Position numbers and translations under genes: made by a program
Part shown: one piece after another, positions 8,634-19,243 of the stretch
How the letters are laid out: each line of letters begins with the position of its first letter
How positions within the stretch are numbered: position 1 is the first letter of the stretch
Notes under the pieces: generated by a model
Told to the model about the DNA's origin: nothing
The model's database searches: none
The model's input: only the letters and a program-made list of their open reading frames with translations
From: Bacteroidales bacterium
GTDB taxonomy: Bacteria > Bacteroidota > Bacteroidia > Bacteroidales > WCHB1-69
Assembly (NCBI GenBank): GCA_031553535.1
Contig: JAVBLM010000049.1
Span: 11,998-75,997 of the forward strand
Reading direction: 5' to 3'
DNA length: 64,000 nt

Positions 8634-11600
8634 ATGACTTTTAATGAAGACTCACGTGTGAAAATACCAGCCTTATTGCATTTGGTGCGATTAGGTTATA
8701 CTTATATTTCTCGAACGGAACATGAGAAACGAGATGGGCAAAGTAATATCTTCTCTGATATCTTTAAAGAAAGTATTGCTCGTTTAAATCCGATGTTATC
8801 CGTTAATGATATTAATAAGTTGTTTGAAGATGTTCTTCTTAAATTAGATTATGATGATTTAGGGCGGGATTTTTATTCTATTTTAACGGCTAATTCCGGT
8901 GTAAAACTATTTGATTTTCAGGATGTAAAAAACAATAGCTTTCATATTGCAACTGAACTTACATATAAAAATGGAGATGAGGAATTTCGTCCCGATATTA
9001 TAATTCTAATCAATGGAATGCCATTAGCATTTATTGAAGTAAAGAAACCGAATAACCGTGAAGGAATCTTAGCTGAGCGAAAACGAATGAATAATCGATT
9101 TGCAAATCATAAATTTAAACGATTTGTAAATATTTCTCAACTGATGATTTTTTCAAATAATATGCCATATGAAGACGGTGTGATTGAACCTATACAAGGA
9201 GCTTATTATGCTACTTCGGCATATTCTGACTTGCATTTCAATTATTTTCGAGAAGAAGAAAATCTTAACTTAACTGAATTGTTAGCTGAGGAGAATGAAG
9301 AAATTGAAAATCTGATCTTAAAGGATAATAATCTGGTTAGTATAAAGTATTCTGATGAGTTTAATGTAAATAAACATTATAATACACCAACTAATAAGAT
9401 AATAACATCATTATTAAGTAAAGAACGTTTAGCTTTTATATTGAGATATGCTATTGCTTATGTTGAAGATGATATTGATGGAATAAAAACCATTCAAAAG
9501 CATATTATGCGTTATCCTCAATTGTTTGCAACTAAAGCTATTGAGAAGAAACTAAGCGAAGGTGTTAAAAAAGGCATTATCTGGCATACACAAGGAAGTG
9601 GCAAAACTGCATTAGTGTATTTTAATATTCACTTCTTAACTGATTATTTTCAGGAACAAAATGTTATACCTAAGTTTTATTTTATAGTTGATCGTATTGA
9701 TTTGGCAGATCAGGCAAGCCGTGAGTTTGCTAATCGTGGCTTGATTGTAAAGAGAGTGAATTCGAAAGATGAGTTTTTACAAGATATTAAAACGATTAGT
9801 CCTTTTCATAATACTCAAGGAAAACTGGAAATTTCAGTTGTGAATATCCAAAAATTCACAGAGGATACAATTGTCACTTCCAATATCGAATATGATATTA
9901 ATATACAACGAATTTATTTCCTTGATGAGGCTCATCGCAGCTATAATCCAAAAGGGAATTATTTAGCTAATTTGGTTAACTCTGATAAAGATGCTATTTT
10001 GATAGCATTAACAGGAACACCTTTGCTACGTGATATTGTAAAAGATTATGATACCAAAGCTCTTTTTGGTGATTATATCCATAAGTATTATTATAATAGA
10101 TCTATTGATGATGGGTATACTCGTCGTTTGATTCGTGAAGGTATCGACACAAATTATAAAATGCAAATGCAGAATATAATTGAGCAAATACAAATATTAC
10201 AAGGAAGTATCTCTACTAGGGATATTTTTGCTCATAATAGGTTTGTAATGCCTATGCTTGATTATATTCTAAATGATTTAAAACAATTTCGAAGAACCGA
10301 ACAAGATAATTCTTTAGCAGCAATGGTTGTTTGTGATAGTTCCGGCCAAGCTAAGGCTCTTTTCTCTCATTTTGAAGGGATATACGGTAAGCAAGAAGTT
10401 GATTCAACTATAACGCTTAAAACAGCTGATAAGGATAATAATTCTTTAAGAGCAGCTCTTATTCTTCACGATGTAAATGATAAGCATTACAGGAAACAAC
10501 AAATAGAAGATTTTAAAAACGGAAAATTGGATATTTTATTTGTATTCAATATGCTGCTTACTGGTTTTGATGCTAAACGTCTTAAAAAATTATATTTAGG
10601 GAGGGTAGTAAAAGACCATAATTTGCTACAAACATTAACTCGTGTTAATCGTCCGTATAAGCATTATATGTATGGTTATGTAGTAGATTTTGCTGATATA
10701 ACTGCTGCATTTGATAAAGCTAACTATAATTATCTGAAAGAGTTGCAATTTGAACTGGGCGATGAAATGGAATCGTACAGTAATTTATTTAAAAATGAGA
10801 ATGAAATCGAAAAAGAAATTGAAGAGATAAAAGATACGCTTTTTCGTTATGATACAAATAATGCAGAATTATTCAATATACAGGTTAGCGAAATCAAAGA
10901 ACGGAAAGATTTGATATTATTGCTTAATGCTTTGCAAAATGCAAAGGAACTTAAAAATCTAATTCGTTTTCAAGGTTTTAAAGATCTGTTAGAACGGCTT
11001 GATTTTCATAAAATGAACCAATTACTAAATGTAGTACAAGCGCAATTGGATAAATTAAACCTGATAGACGCTCTGAATAATCAGGTGGATACTACAAATT
11101 TGTTAAATGAAGCATTGGAAGATGTTGTTTTTACTTTTACTAAAATTTCCGAAAATGAATTAGTTATTGCGGATGAACTACGTGAGCAATTGAGGAAGAC
11201 ACGAGAAGCAATGCTAAATAATTTTGATACAAAAGACCTTGCCTTTATATCGCTGAAAGAAGAATTGGAACGTTTGTTTAAGAAACGAAACTTAGAAGAA
11301 ATATCACAAGAAGGCATGAAGGAAAACATTCGCTTACTTCAAGCAATATATGATAAGGTAACCAAGTTAAACCGTGAAAATGATCTCATTAAAGCTAAAT
11401 ATGAGCAAGATGAAAAATATGCACGCGTACACAAACGATTAATGGAGGCGAAAACTTTGACAGAGAAAGAGCGTAAGCTACATGAGGCATTATTAAGTGT
11501 TAAACGAACGGCTGATAATCGTTTGTCAAGGGATAGGAATATTTTGAGAAATGAAGAATTTTTCAAAACAGAAATGATGACTTATGTGATTCAACAATTT

Positions 11601-11702
11601 ATTGATAATTATAAGATTAAACTTAATGTGAAAGCAACCGATCAAATCAATGATCTAATTGTGAATGAATATTATAATGAGTATAGAGGAATAAGAATAT
11701 GA
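8634..11702 (+). CDS. hsdR: Type I restriction enzyme, R subunit
   Basis: 1022 aa. N-terminal MTFNEDSRVKIPALLHLVRLGYTYIS. PD-(D/E)xK-like region (RPDIIILINGMPLAFIEVKK). Helicase motifs HTQGSGKT and DEAHRS, and a long coiled-coil tail. Confidence 0.9.
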   Translation: MTFNEDSRVKIPALLHLVRLGYTYISRTEHEKRDGQSNIFSDIFKESIARLNPMLSVNDINKLFEDVLLKLDYDDLGRDFYSILTANSGVKLFDFQDVKNNSFHIATELTYKNGDEEFRPDIIILINGMPLAFIEVKKPNNREGILAERKRMNNRFANHKFKRFVNISQLMIFSNNMPYEDGVIEPIQGAYYATSAYSDLHFNYFREEENLNLTELLAEENEEIENLILKDNNLVSIKYSDEFNVNKHYNTPTNKIITSLLSKERLAFILRYAIAYVEDDIDGIKTIQKHIMRYPQLFATKAIEKKLSEGVKKGIIWHTQGSGKTALVYFNIHFLTDYFQEQNVIPKFYFIVDRIDLADQASREFANRGLIVKRVNSKDEFLQDIKTISPFHNTQGKLEISVVNIQKFTEDTIVTSNIEYDINIQRIYFLDEAHRSYNPKGNYLANLVNSDKDAILIALTGTPLLRDIVKDYDTKALFGDYIHKYYYNRSIDDGYTRRLIREGIDTNYKMQMQNIIEQIQILQGSISTRDIFAHNRFVMPMLDYILNDLKQFRRTEQDNSLAAMVVCDSSGQAKALFSHFEGIYGKQEVDSTITLKTADKDNNSLRAALILHDVNDKHYRKQQIEDFKNGKLDILFVFNMLLTGFDAKRLKKLYLGRVVKDHNLLQTLTRVNRPYKHYMYGYVVDFADITAAFDKANYNYLKELQFELGDEMESYSNLFKNENEIEKEIEEIKDTLFRYDTNNAELFNIQVSEIKERKDLILLLNALQNAKELKNLIRFQGFKDLLERLDFHKMNQLLNVVQAQLDKLNLIDALNNQVDTTNLLNEALEDVVFTFTKISENELVIADELREQLRKTREAMLNNFDTKDLAFISLKEELERLFKKRNLEEISQEGMKENIRLLQAIYDKVTKLNRENDLIKAKYEQDEKYARVHKRLMEAKTLTEKERKLHEALLSVKRTADNRLSRDRNILRNEEFFKTEMMTYVIQQFIDNYKIKLNVKATDQINDLIVNEYYNEYRGIRI

Positions 11703-13324
11703 CAGAAATACAATTTATTCAACAAACAAAAACATTGATTGATAATCTAAAAAGTGTTTGTGCTAATTATGGACTTGGCAATGATGGAAATGAATTCAAG
11801 ATCATAACACAAGTATTTTTATATAAATATATTAACGATAAGTTTCGTTTTGAGGCAAAGAAAGCAAATAAAGTTTTGCAAAAGTCTAAAAACTTTCAAA
11901 AAGCATTTGAAGAGCTTTCAGATGAAGATTATGGATTTTTAATAAGAAGAATAGGGAATAAATCACCAAAGCTAAAACCAGAGCAAACAATTGATTATTT
12001 ATTTAATCGGCAAAATGAAAACGATTTCGCTGCTTTATATTTTGATACAACTTTAAAGGGAATTGGCAAAGAAAATGCAACTTTATATTCTATTAAATCA
12101 ACATCAGGAGCAAAAGATTTGATGTATGATGAACTTAGCCACTTTATTTCCGATCCTTCACAACGAGATGCTTTTTGTCGTGCACTGATATCAAAGTTAG
12201 TAGAATTTAGTTTTGAACATATGTTTGAAGCTAAATATGATTTCTTTGCCACTATCTTTGAATATTTGATTAAAGATTACAATAGTGATAGTGGAGGTAA
12301 ATATGCCGAATATTATACTCCTCATGCCGTAGCTCGTATTATGGCAGCTATTTTAGTAGATTCAGATGAAGATATATACGGTGTAAAATGTTATGATCCT
12401 AGTGCGGGTTCGGGCACACTGTTAATGAATCTGGCACATGCTATCGGTGAACAAAACTGTACGATTTATTCGGAAGACATATCTCAAAAATCATCGAATA
12501 TGCTTCGATTGAATTTGATTTTGAATAACTTATCGCAATCTATTCCAAATGTAATCAAAGGTAATACAATTCTCGAGTCATATTATCATAATGAAAATTT
12601 CGATTATATAGTATCAAATCCTCCGTTCAAGCTTGATTTTTCAGATTATCGGGATGATTTGGATAAAGACAGCAATAAGGAACGTTTCTTTGCAGGAATT
12701 CCTAAAAATCCGAAAAAGGACAAAGATAAAATGGCAATTTATCTGCTTTTTATTCAACATATCATGTTTTGCATGGATGCTAAAAATGGGAAAGCAGCAG
12801 TTGTAGTTCCTACAGGTTTTATTACAGCACAAAGCGGAATAGAAAAGAAAATACGTGAAGCAATGATAAAACGAAAAATATTACGTGGAGTGGTTAGTAT
12901 GCCAAGTAATATTTTTGCCAGTACAGGAACAAATGTAAGTGTGTTATTTTTAGATGCACAAGCTGATACTGAAAAAATTGTGTTGGTTGATGCTAGTAAG
13001 CTAGGTGAAACTGTGAAAGATGGCAAAGCACAGCGAACTATTCTTACACCTGAAGAAGAGCAACGTATTATTGCGGCTATGAATAAAAAGCAAGCCGAAG
13101 AGGATTTTTCAGTAGTAATAACAAAAGAAGACATTATAGCTAAAAATTACTCGTTTAGTGCAGGGCAATACTTCGAAGTAAAGATAGAATACGTAGATAT
13201 TACAGCCGAAGAGTTTTCTGAGAAAATGAAAAGCTATACAAATATGCTTGATTCCCTTTTTTCCGAATCACACCGATTGGAAGAAGAGATAAAAAAACAA
13301 TTGGGAGGATTAAAATATGAATGA
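11699..13324 (+). CDS. hsdM: Type I R-M N6-adenine DNA methyltransferase, M subunit
   Basis: 541 aa with a 4 nt overlap on hsdR. Motifs YYTPHAVARIM, DPSAGSGTLL (motif I) and IVSNPPF (motif IV). Confidence 0.9.
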   Translation: MTEIQFIQQTKTLIDNLKSVCANYGLGNDGNEFKIITQVFLYKYINDKFRFEAKKANKVLQKSKNFQKAFEELSDEDYGFLIRRIGNKSPKLKPEQTIDYLFNRQNENDFAALYFDTTLKGIGKENATLYSIKSTSGAKDLMYDELSHFISDPSQRDAFCRALISKLVEFSFEHMFEAKYDFFATIFEYLIKDYNSDSGGKYAEYYTPHAVARIMAAILVDSDEDIYGVKCYDPSAGSGTLLMNLAHAIGEQNCTIYSEDISQKSSNMLRLNLILNNLSQSIPNVIKGNTILESYYHNENFDYIVSNPPFKLDFSDYRDDLDKDSNKERFFAGIPKNPKKDKDKMAIYLLFIQHIMFCMDAKNGKAAVVVPTGFITAQSGIEKKIREAMIKRKILRGVVSMPSNIFASTGTNVSVLFLDAQADTEKIVLVDASKLGETVKDGKAQRTILTPEEEQRIIAAMNKKQAEEDFSVVITKEDIIAKNYSFSAGQYFEVKIEYVDITAEEFSEKMKSYTNMLDSLFSESHRLEEEIKKQLGGLKYE

Positions 13325-15200
13325 CTTGCGGGATTTTATTGATCAATTGAGGCAAACGGATGAGTGTGATAATCTGGAAGCTAAAAAAGCATCAGAGATT
13401 GGAAAATCTGTTTTGGAAACAGTTTGTGCTTTCAGCAACGAACCCGGCTTAAACGGAGGACATATTCTGTTGGGCGTGGAAAAGGAAGACGAAACCATGA
13501 GTTTGTTTCCTGATTATGTAGCAACAGGCATTGAAAACAACCTATTGGATAAAATACAATCCGATTTAGCTTCGCAATGTGCCGATAGTTTTAATATTCC
13601 TATTCGTCCCCAGATAAAGACCAACAAAGTCAGTGATACACATAGTGTAATTATTGTTCATGTTAACGAATTAAGCCCGGAACAAAAACCGGTTTATTTT
13701 AAAAATGCAGGACTTCCCAAAGGAGCTTTTCGTAGAATTGGCGCAACTGACCATAAATGCACGGAAGATGATTTGGCTATTTTCTATCAAAGTAATGATT
13801 CTTTGGATAAATCGGTGGTACAAGATGCAAGCTTAGAGGATTTAGACGAAAGTGTCATTGATCTTTATCGTAATTTGAGAAATAAAGTCAATCCGATAGC
13901 AGAAGAGCTGAATTACAACAACATCGATCTGCTATATAGTTTGGGCGCATTGAAAAACATAAAGGGCAATTATTCCGTTACTTACACAGGATTGCTGTGT
14001 TTTGGAAAACGGATGGCGCTCCGCCGGTTATTGCCATTGGTGCGTGTTGATTACGTTCGAACGTCTACCAATCAATGGGTGCAAGACCCTGAAAAAAGAT
14101 TCGAAACTACGTTGGATATGCGCGGTTCTTTGTTGGAAATGGTACAACGAATTATTCACGCCATTTCGGATGATTTACCAAGAGGATTTGTTTTGACCGA
14201 CGAAAATATTCAAGCCAAAAATATAGGATTGCCTTTACGAGTATTGCGTGAAGCTGTTGTAAATGCCTTGATACACCGTTCGTATCGAGAAAACCGACCC
14301 ATACAGATTATTCGTTATCCTAACCGGATTGAAATTACAAACCCCGGCTTCTCATTAAAGTCGGAAGATAAATTAGGAGAGCCCGGCTCAATAAACCGAA
14401 ATCCTTTTATTGCCAGTATATTTCATGAAACCAATTTAGCTGAAACCAAAGGGAGCGGTATTCGCACTATGCGAAGTTTTATGCAGAAAATGGAGATGAT
14501 TCCACCTACTTTTGAAAGCAGCCGAGAAGAAAATACATTTACTGTTCGCCTCTTACTGCACCACTTCCTTAACGAAGATGACCTTGTATGGTTGCAACAA
14601 TTCAACGATTACGATTTAGACGATAACCGAAAACGTATCCTTATTTTTGTGCGTGAAGTCGGAGCGATAGATAATCTGTCGGCAAGGCAAATAAACGGAA
14701 CGGGACAAGCGGTTACCAATGTCGATTTAAAGAAAATGAGAGACAAAGATTTGCTTGAGCAAAAAGGAAAAAATAAGTCAACGTATTATATTGCTGGTAA
14801 AAAGCTTATAGAACAACTTCCCACTAAAGAAAATTCGGAAGAAGAGATTAGTGCACCACCTAAAAACCTTAGTGCACCACTTAAAAACCTTAGTGCACCA
14901 CCTAAGCAACAAGAAAAAGTATTAATCAAAATACAACAACGGATAGCAGAACTGCCACAGCGAATAAACGATAAGCAGGTTTTGATGGATATTATTTGTG
15001 AATTATGTTCTATATATCCTGTCAAATTGAGCGAATTGGCACGAATAACGAAAAGAACAGAAAAATATATTCTTCGCCAATTTGTACGTCCTTTGTTAAA
15101 CGATAAACGGATCGAATATAAATATCCTGAAATGATTAACCACCCTGACCAAGCATATAAAGCAAAAAACAAAACTGGACAAGACAATGGGGATAAATAG
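13317..15200 (+). CDS. AlbA_2 (Schlafen-type) DNA-binding plus HATPase_c_4-like ATP-binding protein with C-terminal wHTH-like region
   Basis: 627 aa with an 8 nt overlap on hsdM. N-terminus DNLEAKKASEIGKSVLETVCAFSNEPGLNGGHILLGVEKED is AlbA_2-like. REAVVNALIHRSYRENRPIQIIRYPNRIEITNPG is HATPase_c_4-like. Such genes are often annotated as RecG-like or divergent AAA regulators. Confidence 0.55.
   Translation: MNDLRDFIDQLRQTDECDNLEAKKASEIGKSVLETVCAFSNEPGLNGGHILLGVEKEDETMSLFPDYVATGIENNLLDKIQSDLASQCADSFNIPIRPQIKTNKVSDTHSVIIVHVNELSPEQKPVYFKNAGLPKGAFRRIGATDHKCTEDDLAIFYQSNDSLDKSVVQDASLEDLDESVIDLYRNLRNKVNPIAEELNYNNIDLLYSLGALKNIKGNYSVTYTGLLCFGKRMALRRLLPLVRVDYVRTSTNQWVQDPEKRFETTLDMRGSLLEMVQRIIHAISDDLPRGFVLTDENIQAKNIGLPLRVLREAVVNALIHRSYRENRPIQIIRYPNRIEITNPGFSLKSEDKLGEPGSINRNPFIASIFHETNLAETKGSGIRTMRSFMQKMEMIPPTFESSREENTFTVRLLLHHFLNEDDLVWLQQFNDYDLDDNRKRILIFVREVGAIDNLSARQINGTGQAVTNVDLKKMRDKDLLEQKGKNKSTYYIAGKKLIEQLPTKENSEEEISAPPKNLSAPLKNLSAPPKQQEKVLIKIQQRIAELPQRINDKQVLMDIICELCSIYPVKLSELARITKRTEKYILRQFVRPLLNDKRIEYKYPEMINHPDQAYKAKNKTGQDNGDK
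14850..14905 (+). repeat. 21 bp in-frame tandem repeat (2 full units plus a 14 nt partial third unit) encoding SAPPKNL/SAPLKNL/SAPPK
   Basis: agtgcaccacctaaaaacctt / agtgcaccacttaaaaacctt / agtgcaccacctaa... An echo, aaaaccttagtgcactactt, lies in the intergenic region at 15301-15320. Confidence 0.85.
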
Positions 15201-15351
15201 ACTTTATACTGCAAGGATAGAACAAGCTGTTTTTCTTTTTGACAAAAGTATACCAGAAAGTACCCTTAGTGATACAGCTGTTTGGTTTAGTGATACAGTT
15301 AAAACCTTAGTGCACTACTTAAAGATAAAAAACAGTTGGGAGGGTTGAGGT

Positions 15352-17205
15352 ATGAATAAGATTAAGCTCAAAGAGGTCGCTTACTACTCTAAATTAAGAG
15401 GAAATATTGAAGAAATAAGTTTAGATAACTATGTAACAACAGACAATCTTCTTCAAAATAAATTAGGAGTTGGGAAAGCTGTTAATCTGCCCCCTAATGG
15501 CATATCTTTTCCTAAGTATAGAGAAAATGACATTCTAATTTCAAATATTCGCCCATATTTAAAGAAAATATGGTTTGCAAATCAATCCGGTATATGTTCT
15601 ACTGATGTTCTTGTATTAAAAACATATGATAATTACAACGAAAAATTCATATACTACAATCTATTTCAAGACGCTTTTTTTGAACATATGACAAAAGGAG
15701 CAAAAGGAACAAAAATGCCTAGGGGAGATAAAAATCAAATATTAAATTTTGAAATACCAGAATTTTCATTGCAAACGCAACAACGCATAGCTTCCGTTCT
15801 TTCTTCTTTAGATGACAAGATCGAACTTAACAACCGAATCAATGCCGAATTGGAAGAGATGGCCAAAACGCTTTATGATTATTGGTTTGTACAATTCGAT
15901 TTTCCCGATGCCAATGGCAAACCCTATAAATCGTCGGGAGGTAAAATGGCGTATAATAAAGAATTGAAACGGGAGATTCCGGAAGGGTGGGAAGTAGTTG
16001 AATTAGAATCTATATTGACTGAATTTATTAAAGGTATTACTACCGAATATGTAGAAAAAAGTAATTTAATAAATCTAAATCAAAAAGTAAATAAAGGAGC
16101 TAAATTAGAAAGAGAGTATTTCAAGTATCTAGATGAGTCAAGACCTATTCCAAAAGAAAAATATGCAAAAGAAAAAGATATTCTTATAAATTCTTTAGGG
16201 CAAGGAACATTAGGAAGGGTTCATTTTTTTTGTGATAAAGCAAATAATATTGTAGTAGATCAACACCTTTTTATATTGAGATGCAACGAGAAAATTATGA
16301 AGCCGACATATTTATATCTTCATCTAAGTAGTAATCCTTATCAACGACAGATAGAACGACAAATTACAGGTAGCACAGGGATGTTGATGCTTAACGGCTC
16401 TAATCTAAAAACATTACAAATCATAAAACCTAAATTTGAATTGCTCAATAAGTTTGAAAGCAAAGTTTTTTATTTGTATAATACAATAGCTCGAAATGAA
16501 TCTGAAAACCAACATCTTACTTGTTTTCGCGATTGGTTACTGCCTATGCTGATGAATGGGCAAGTTGGGTTTAAGGAAGATTTTCAAAAACAAACAATTG
16601 CAGTGATTGTTAAGAAATCAACTCAAGAAGGGAATTATCATAAAATACAAAGTGTTTATACTGTTTTATGGGCAAATAATTTAATTGGAGTCCAACAAGG
16701 GGAAATGGCATTAGCCAAAGATTTATATTTGGTTGATAGAATAGCAGGAGTTAATACTGGCTTTGCTTATGCTCAGCATAATTGGGGATCATATGATCCA
16801 TCTTTCAAAAAGATAATAACCAACAAACAATATTTTACAAAACATAACTTTCCAGGTAGTAAGGCTTATTACTGTAGTACAAACGATGATGGTTATCTAC
16901 TTGCTAAAATACCAGACGATACCAAGCAAAGGGTGAAAGCTACTATTGAGTTATTACATAATAAGATTTTTATAAAATATTTTGGAAAAAAAAAAGCAGA
17001 AATGAAAGAGTTATATGCAACAGTTTTAATGTGTATAGAAAATACAAAAAGTACGGAGCTACCTGTAATTCGCCAAGCTATGGAAGATTGGAAAACACCT
17101 AAACAAGATTTTTCGGATAAAGCGGCAAAGTTTTCGGAGCAGTTGACCAAAGAAGCTCTATATATAATATTGGAAGCAGGTTGGGATAAAAAGGTGATAA
17201 AATAA
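15352..17205 (+). CDS. hsdS: Type I R-M specificity subunit with an unusual ~200 aa C-terminal extension
   Basis: 617 aa. Two TRDs are separated by the central conserved helix (LQTQQRIASVLSSLDDKIELNNRINAELEEMAKTLYDYWFVQFDFP). The canonical HsdS C-terminal motif WLLPMLMNGQVGF occurs near residue 400, encoded at ~16540-16578. About 200 additional residues follow. Confidence 0.85.
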   Translation: MNKIKLKEVAYYSKLRGNIEEISLDNYVTTDNLLQNKLGVGKAVNLPPNGISFPKYRENDILISNIRPYLKKIWFANQSGICSTDVLVLKTYDNYNEKFIYYNLFQDAFFEHMTKGAKGTKMPRGDKNQILNFEIPEFSLQTQQRIASVLSSLDDKIELNNRINAELEEMAKTLYDYWFVQFDFPDANGKPYKSSGGKMAYNKELKREIPEGWEVVELESILTEFIKGITTEYVEKSNLINLNQKVNKGAKLEREYFKYLDESRPIPKEKYAKEKDILINSLGQGTLGRVHFFCDKANNIVVDQHLFILRCNEKIMKPTYLYLHLSSNPYQRQIERQITGSTGMLMLNGSNLKTLQIIKPKFELLNKFESKVFYLYNTIARNESENQHLTCFRDWLLPMLMNGQVGFKEDFQKQTIAVIVKKSTQEGNYHKIQSVYTVLWANNLIGVQQGEMALAKDLYLVDRIAGVNTGFAYAQHNWGSYDPSFKKIITNKQYFTKHNFPGSKAYYCSTNDDGYLLAKIPDDTKQRVKATIELLHNKIFIKYFGKKKAEMKELYATVLMCIENTKSTELPVIRQAMEDWKTPKQDFSDKAAKFSEQLTKEALYIILEAGWDKKVIK

Positions 17206-19235
17206 TGGATTTCTTCACGCAGAAAGATTTAGATATTGTAGTAGAATATGCCGGTCAAGACGTATCAACAAATAAGCATAATGAATTAAAGTCTGTTTAT
17301 GAAAAATTAGAATATTTTCTTCAACTTTTACAATTAAAAGGATTTTCATATGAAATAAGAAAAGATCCCCGTAAACAACATGGACGAGGAAAATTTGTTT
17401 TTCAGGACTACCTTTGGTCTAGGGTTTATCCAAAAGAGTTTGTGAAAGATTCTAAAGGAAAATTTGGTTATATTGTGGGAGCAAATGATGGAGTTATAGT
17501 ATTTCATATAATGGGGATCAAAGAATTCCAAAATCATGAAGCTTCTTTATTCGCTCATAATAGTTGTTATACAAAAATCAATATAAATGGATTAGATTAT
17601 GATAAACTTGTAGAACGTTTCATTGATTTTGATAAACAATATAGGGAGTTGTATATATCAACAGGAGCTAAATTAGGCATAAAAAAATTTCAAAAATATT
17701 TAGAGAAAAATCGTATGGAAAGCATTGTTAATCTATTGAAAAGCAAAAAACAGATTATTCTTCAAGGAGCTCCTGGTACAGGTAAAACATATTTGGCAAA
17801 AAAAATCGCACATCAACTTGTTGGTAACGGAATTGATAGTATTTCAGCTCAGGATATCAAAAAATATATTTATAAAGGATTGACTATAAATAATTGCTCA
17901 CAAAGAGGAACATATATCATAAGAGATATTACTGAAAAGAATGTCATTATTGGTGGGGAAGGTATTGAAGATAAAAATGTTAGTTTTAATAAAATACAAG
18001 AAGCCTATAGCAATACTAAATGGGAAGCAGGAAAGATTACAAATGGATTAGATTCTTATGAGGCTGCAATTGCGAAGTATATTTTCAATAACAATATAGA
18101 TAAAGATTCTCGTATAAAATTAGTCCAATTCCACCCATCTTATACATATGAAGATTTTGTAAGAGGTATTGAGGTTAAGACAGAAAACGGGCAGCCAGAA
18201 TATATAACAAAGAATAAAATTCTAGGAAAATTTGCAGAAGAAGCATTAAAGAATTGGGAGGATTCAAAAAAACAGCCTGACGTTTTATCAAAAGAAAAAT
18301 GGGTGGAAAATCACTTGAAAACTTTTAAGGAAGAATTACAAGAGAAACTTGAAAATGGAGAAATTATTGAATTAAAAGAAGGTAATAAACCGACATTAAC
18401 AGCAATAGAAGAAGATGCATTTAGATGTAATCGCTATAATAATCCCCAAGACTCAGTTCTTATGAAAGATAAGGATATAATTTATGGATATATTGGATTG
18501 TACATGGATAATTCAATATTAAAAATTAAGGATAATCAGAATTTATCAAAATCCGCCCGCAGTGGTATGTATTATTTATATCAAAATCTAATAAATCTAT
18601 TCAAAAAATATCTGGAAGATAAAAATATTTCATATACATATTCGAAGATAAATGGGCTGTCTTTAAGCGAAGATAATTATGTAATTATCATTGACGAAAT
18701 CAACAGAGCTAATCTTCCTGCTGTATTAGGAGAGTTAATCTATGCGTTGGAATATCGTGGTGAAAAAGTAGAAAGTATGTATGCAATAGATGGTGATAAG
18801 GGATTAATCTTACCACCTAATCTTTATATAATCGGTACAATGAATACCGCAGATCGCAGTGTTGGACAGATAGATTATGCAATTCGTCGTCGTTTTGCTT
18901 TTGTTGATATGATTCCAAAATCATTAGCAGGAGAGGTTGATGGCTTTGAAGAAAGATTGTTTAAAAAAGTTTCAGAACTATTTATAAAAGATTATGATGA
19001 ATATACGAGAACTAATAAGATTGTAGCGTCTAATTATATTTCTGATGAATTTCGACCAGAAGATATTTGGATTGGTCATAGTTATTTTATCATGAAAGAT
19101 AAAGAAGGGAATGATATCATGGAAATGCGATTAAAATATGAAATTGTTCCGATATTGAAAGAATATGTGAAGGATGGGATTTTTAAGGAGGCAAAGGTTG
19201 TTGAGAAAAAAATAAGTGAATTATTTCCATCATAA
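17205..19235 (+). CDS. mcrB: McrB-family AAA+ GTPase (modification-dependent restriction component) with uncharacterised N-terminal domain
   Basis: 676 aa. The ATG overlaps the hsdS stop (TAATG). Motifs GAPGTGKTYLAKKIA, VQFHPSYTYEDFVRGI, IIIDEINRANLPAVLGELIYALEYRG and NLYIIGTMNTADRS...RRRF. Confidence 0.8.
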   Translation: MDFFTQKDLDIVVEYAGQDVSTNKHNELKSVYEKLEYFLQLLQLKGFSYEIRKDPRKQHGRGKFVFQDYLWSRVYPKEFVKDSKGKFGYIVGANDGVIVFHIMGIKEFQNHEASLFAHNSCYTKININGLDYDKLVERFIDFDKQYRELYISTGAKLGIKKFQKYLEKNRMESIVNLLKSKKQIILQGAPGTGKTYLAKKIAHQLVGNGIDSISAQDIKKYIYKGLTINNCSQRGTYIIRDITEKNVIIGGEGIEDKNVSFNKIQEAYSNTKWEAGKITNGLDSYEAAIAKYIFNNNIDKDSRIKLVQFHPSYTYEDFVRGIEVKTENGQPEYITKNKILGKFAEEALKNWEDSKKQPDVLSKEKWVENHLKTFKEELQEKLENGEIIELKEGNKPTLTAIEEDAFRCNRYNNPQDSVLMKDKDIIYGYIGLYMDNSILKIKDNQNLSKSARSGMYYLYQNLINLFKKYLEDKNISYTYSKINGLSLSEDNYVIIIDEINRANLPAVLGELIYALEYRGEKVESMYAIDGDKGLILPPNLYIIGTMNTADRSVGQIDYAIRRRFAFVDMIPKSLAGEVDGFEERLFKKVSELFIKDYDEYTRTNKIVASNYISDEFRPEDIWIGHSYFIMKDKEGNDIMEMRLKYEIVPILKEYVKDGIFKEAKVVEKKISELFPS

Positions 19236-19243
19236 ATACTAAT

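Noticed and set aside
14786-15214. 142 aa minus-strand ORF, plus other antisense ORFs within the hsd/mcrB genes (e.g. 11081..11329, 12754..13134, 16893..17150, 17346..17537)
   Set aside because: All are antisense to strongly supported R-M genes, with Ser/Leu/Phe-rich low-complexity translations.
16224-16995. Homopolymer tracts in hsdS (T8 at 16224-16231, A10 at 16986-16995) as phase-variation switches
   Set aside because: Comparable A/T runs occur throughout this A+T-rich island, for example A8 at 17798-17805 in the mcrB-like gene. No second hsdS copy or inverted repeats are present, so there is no specific evidence for phase variation.
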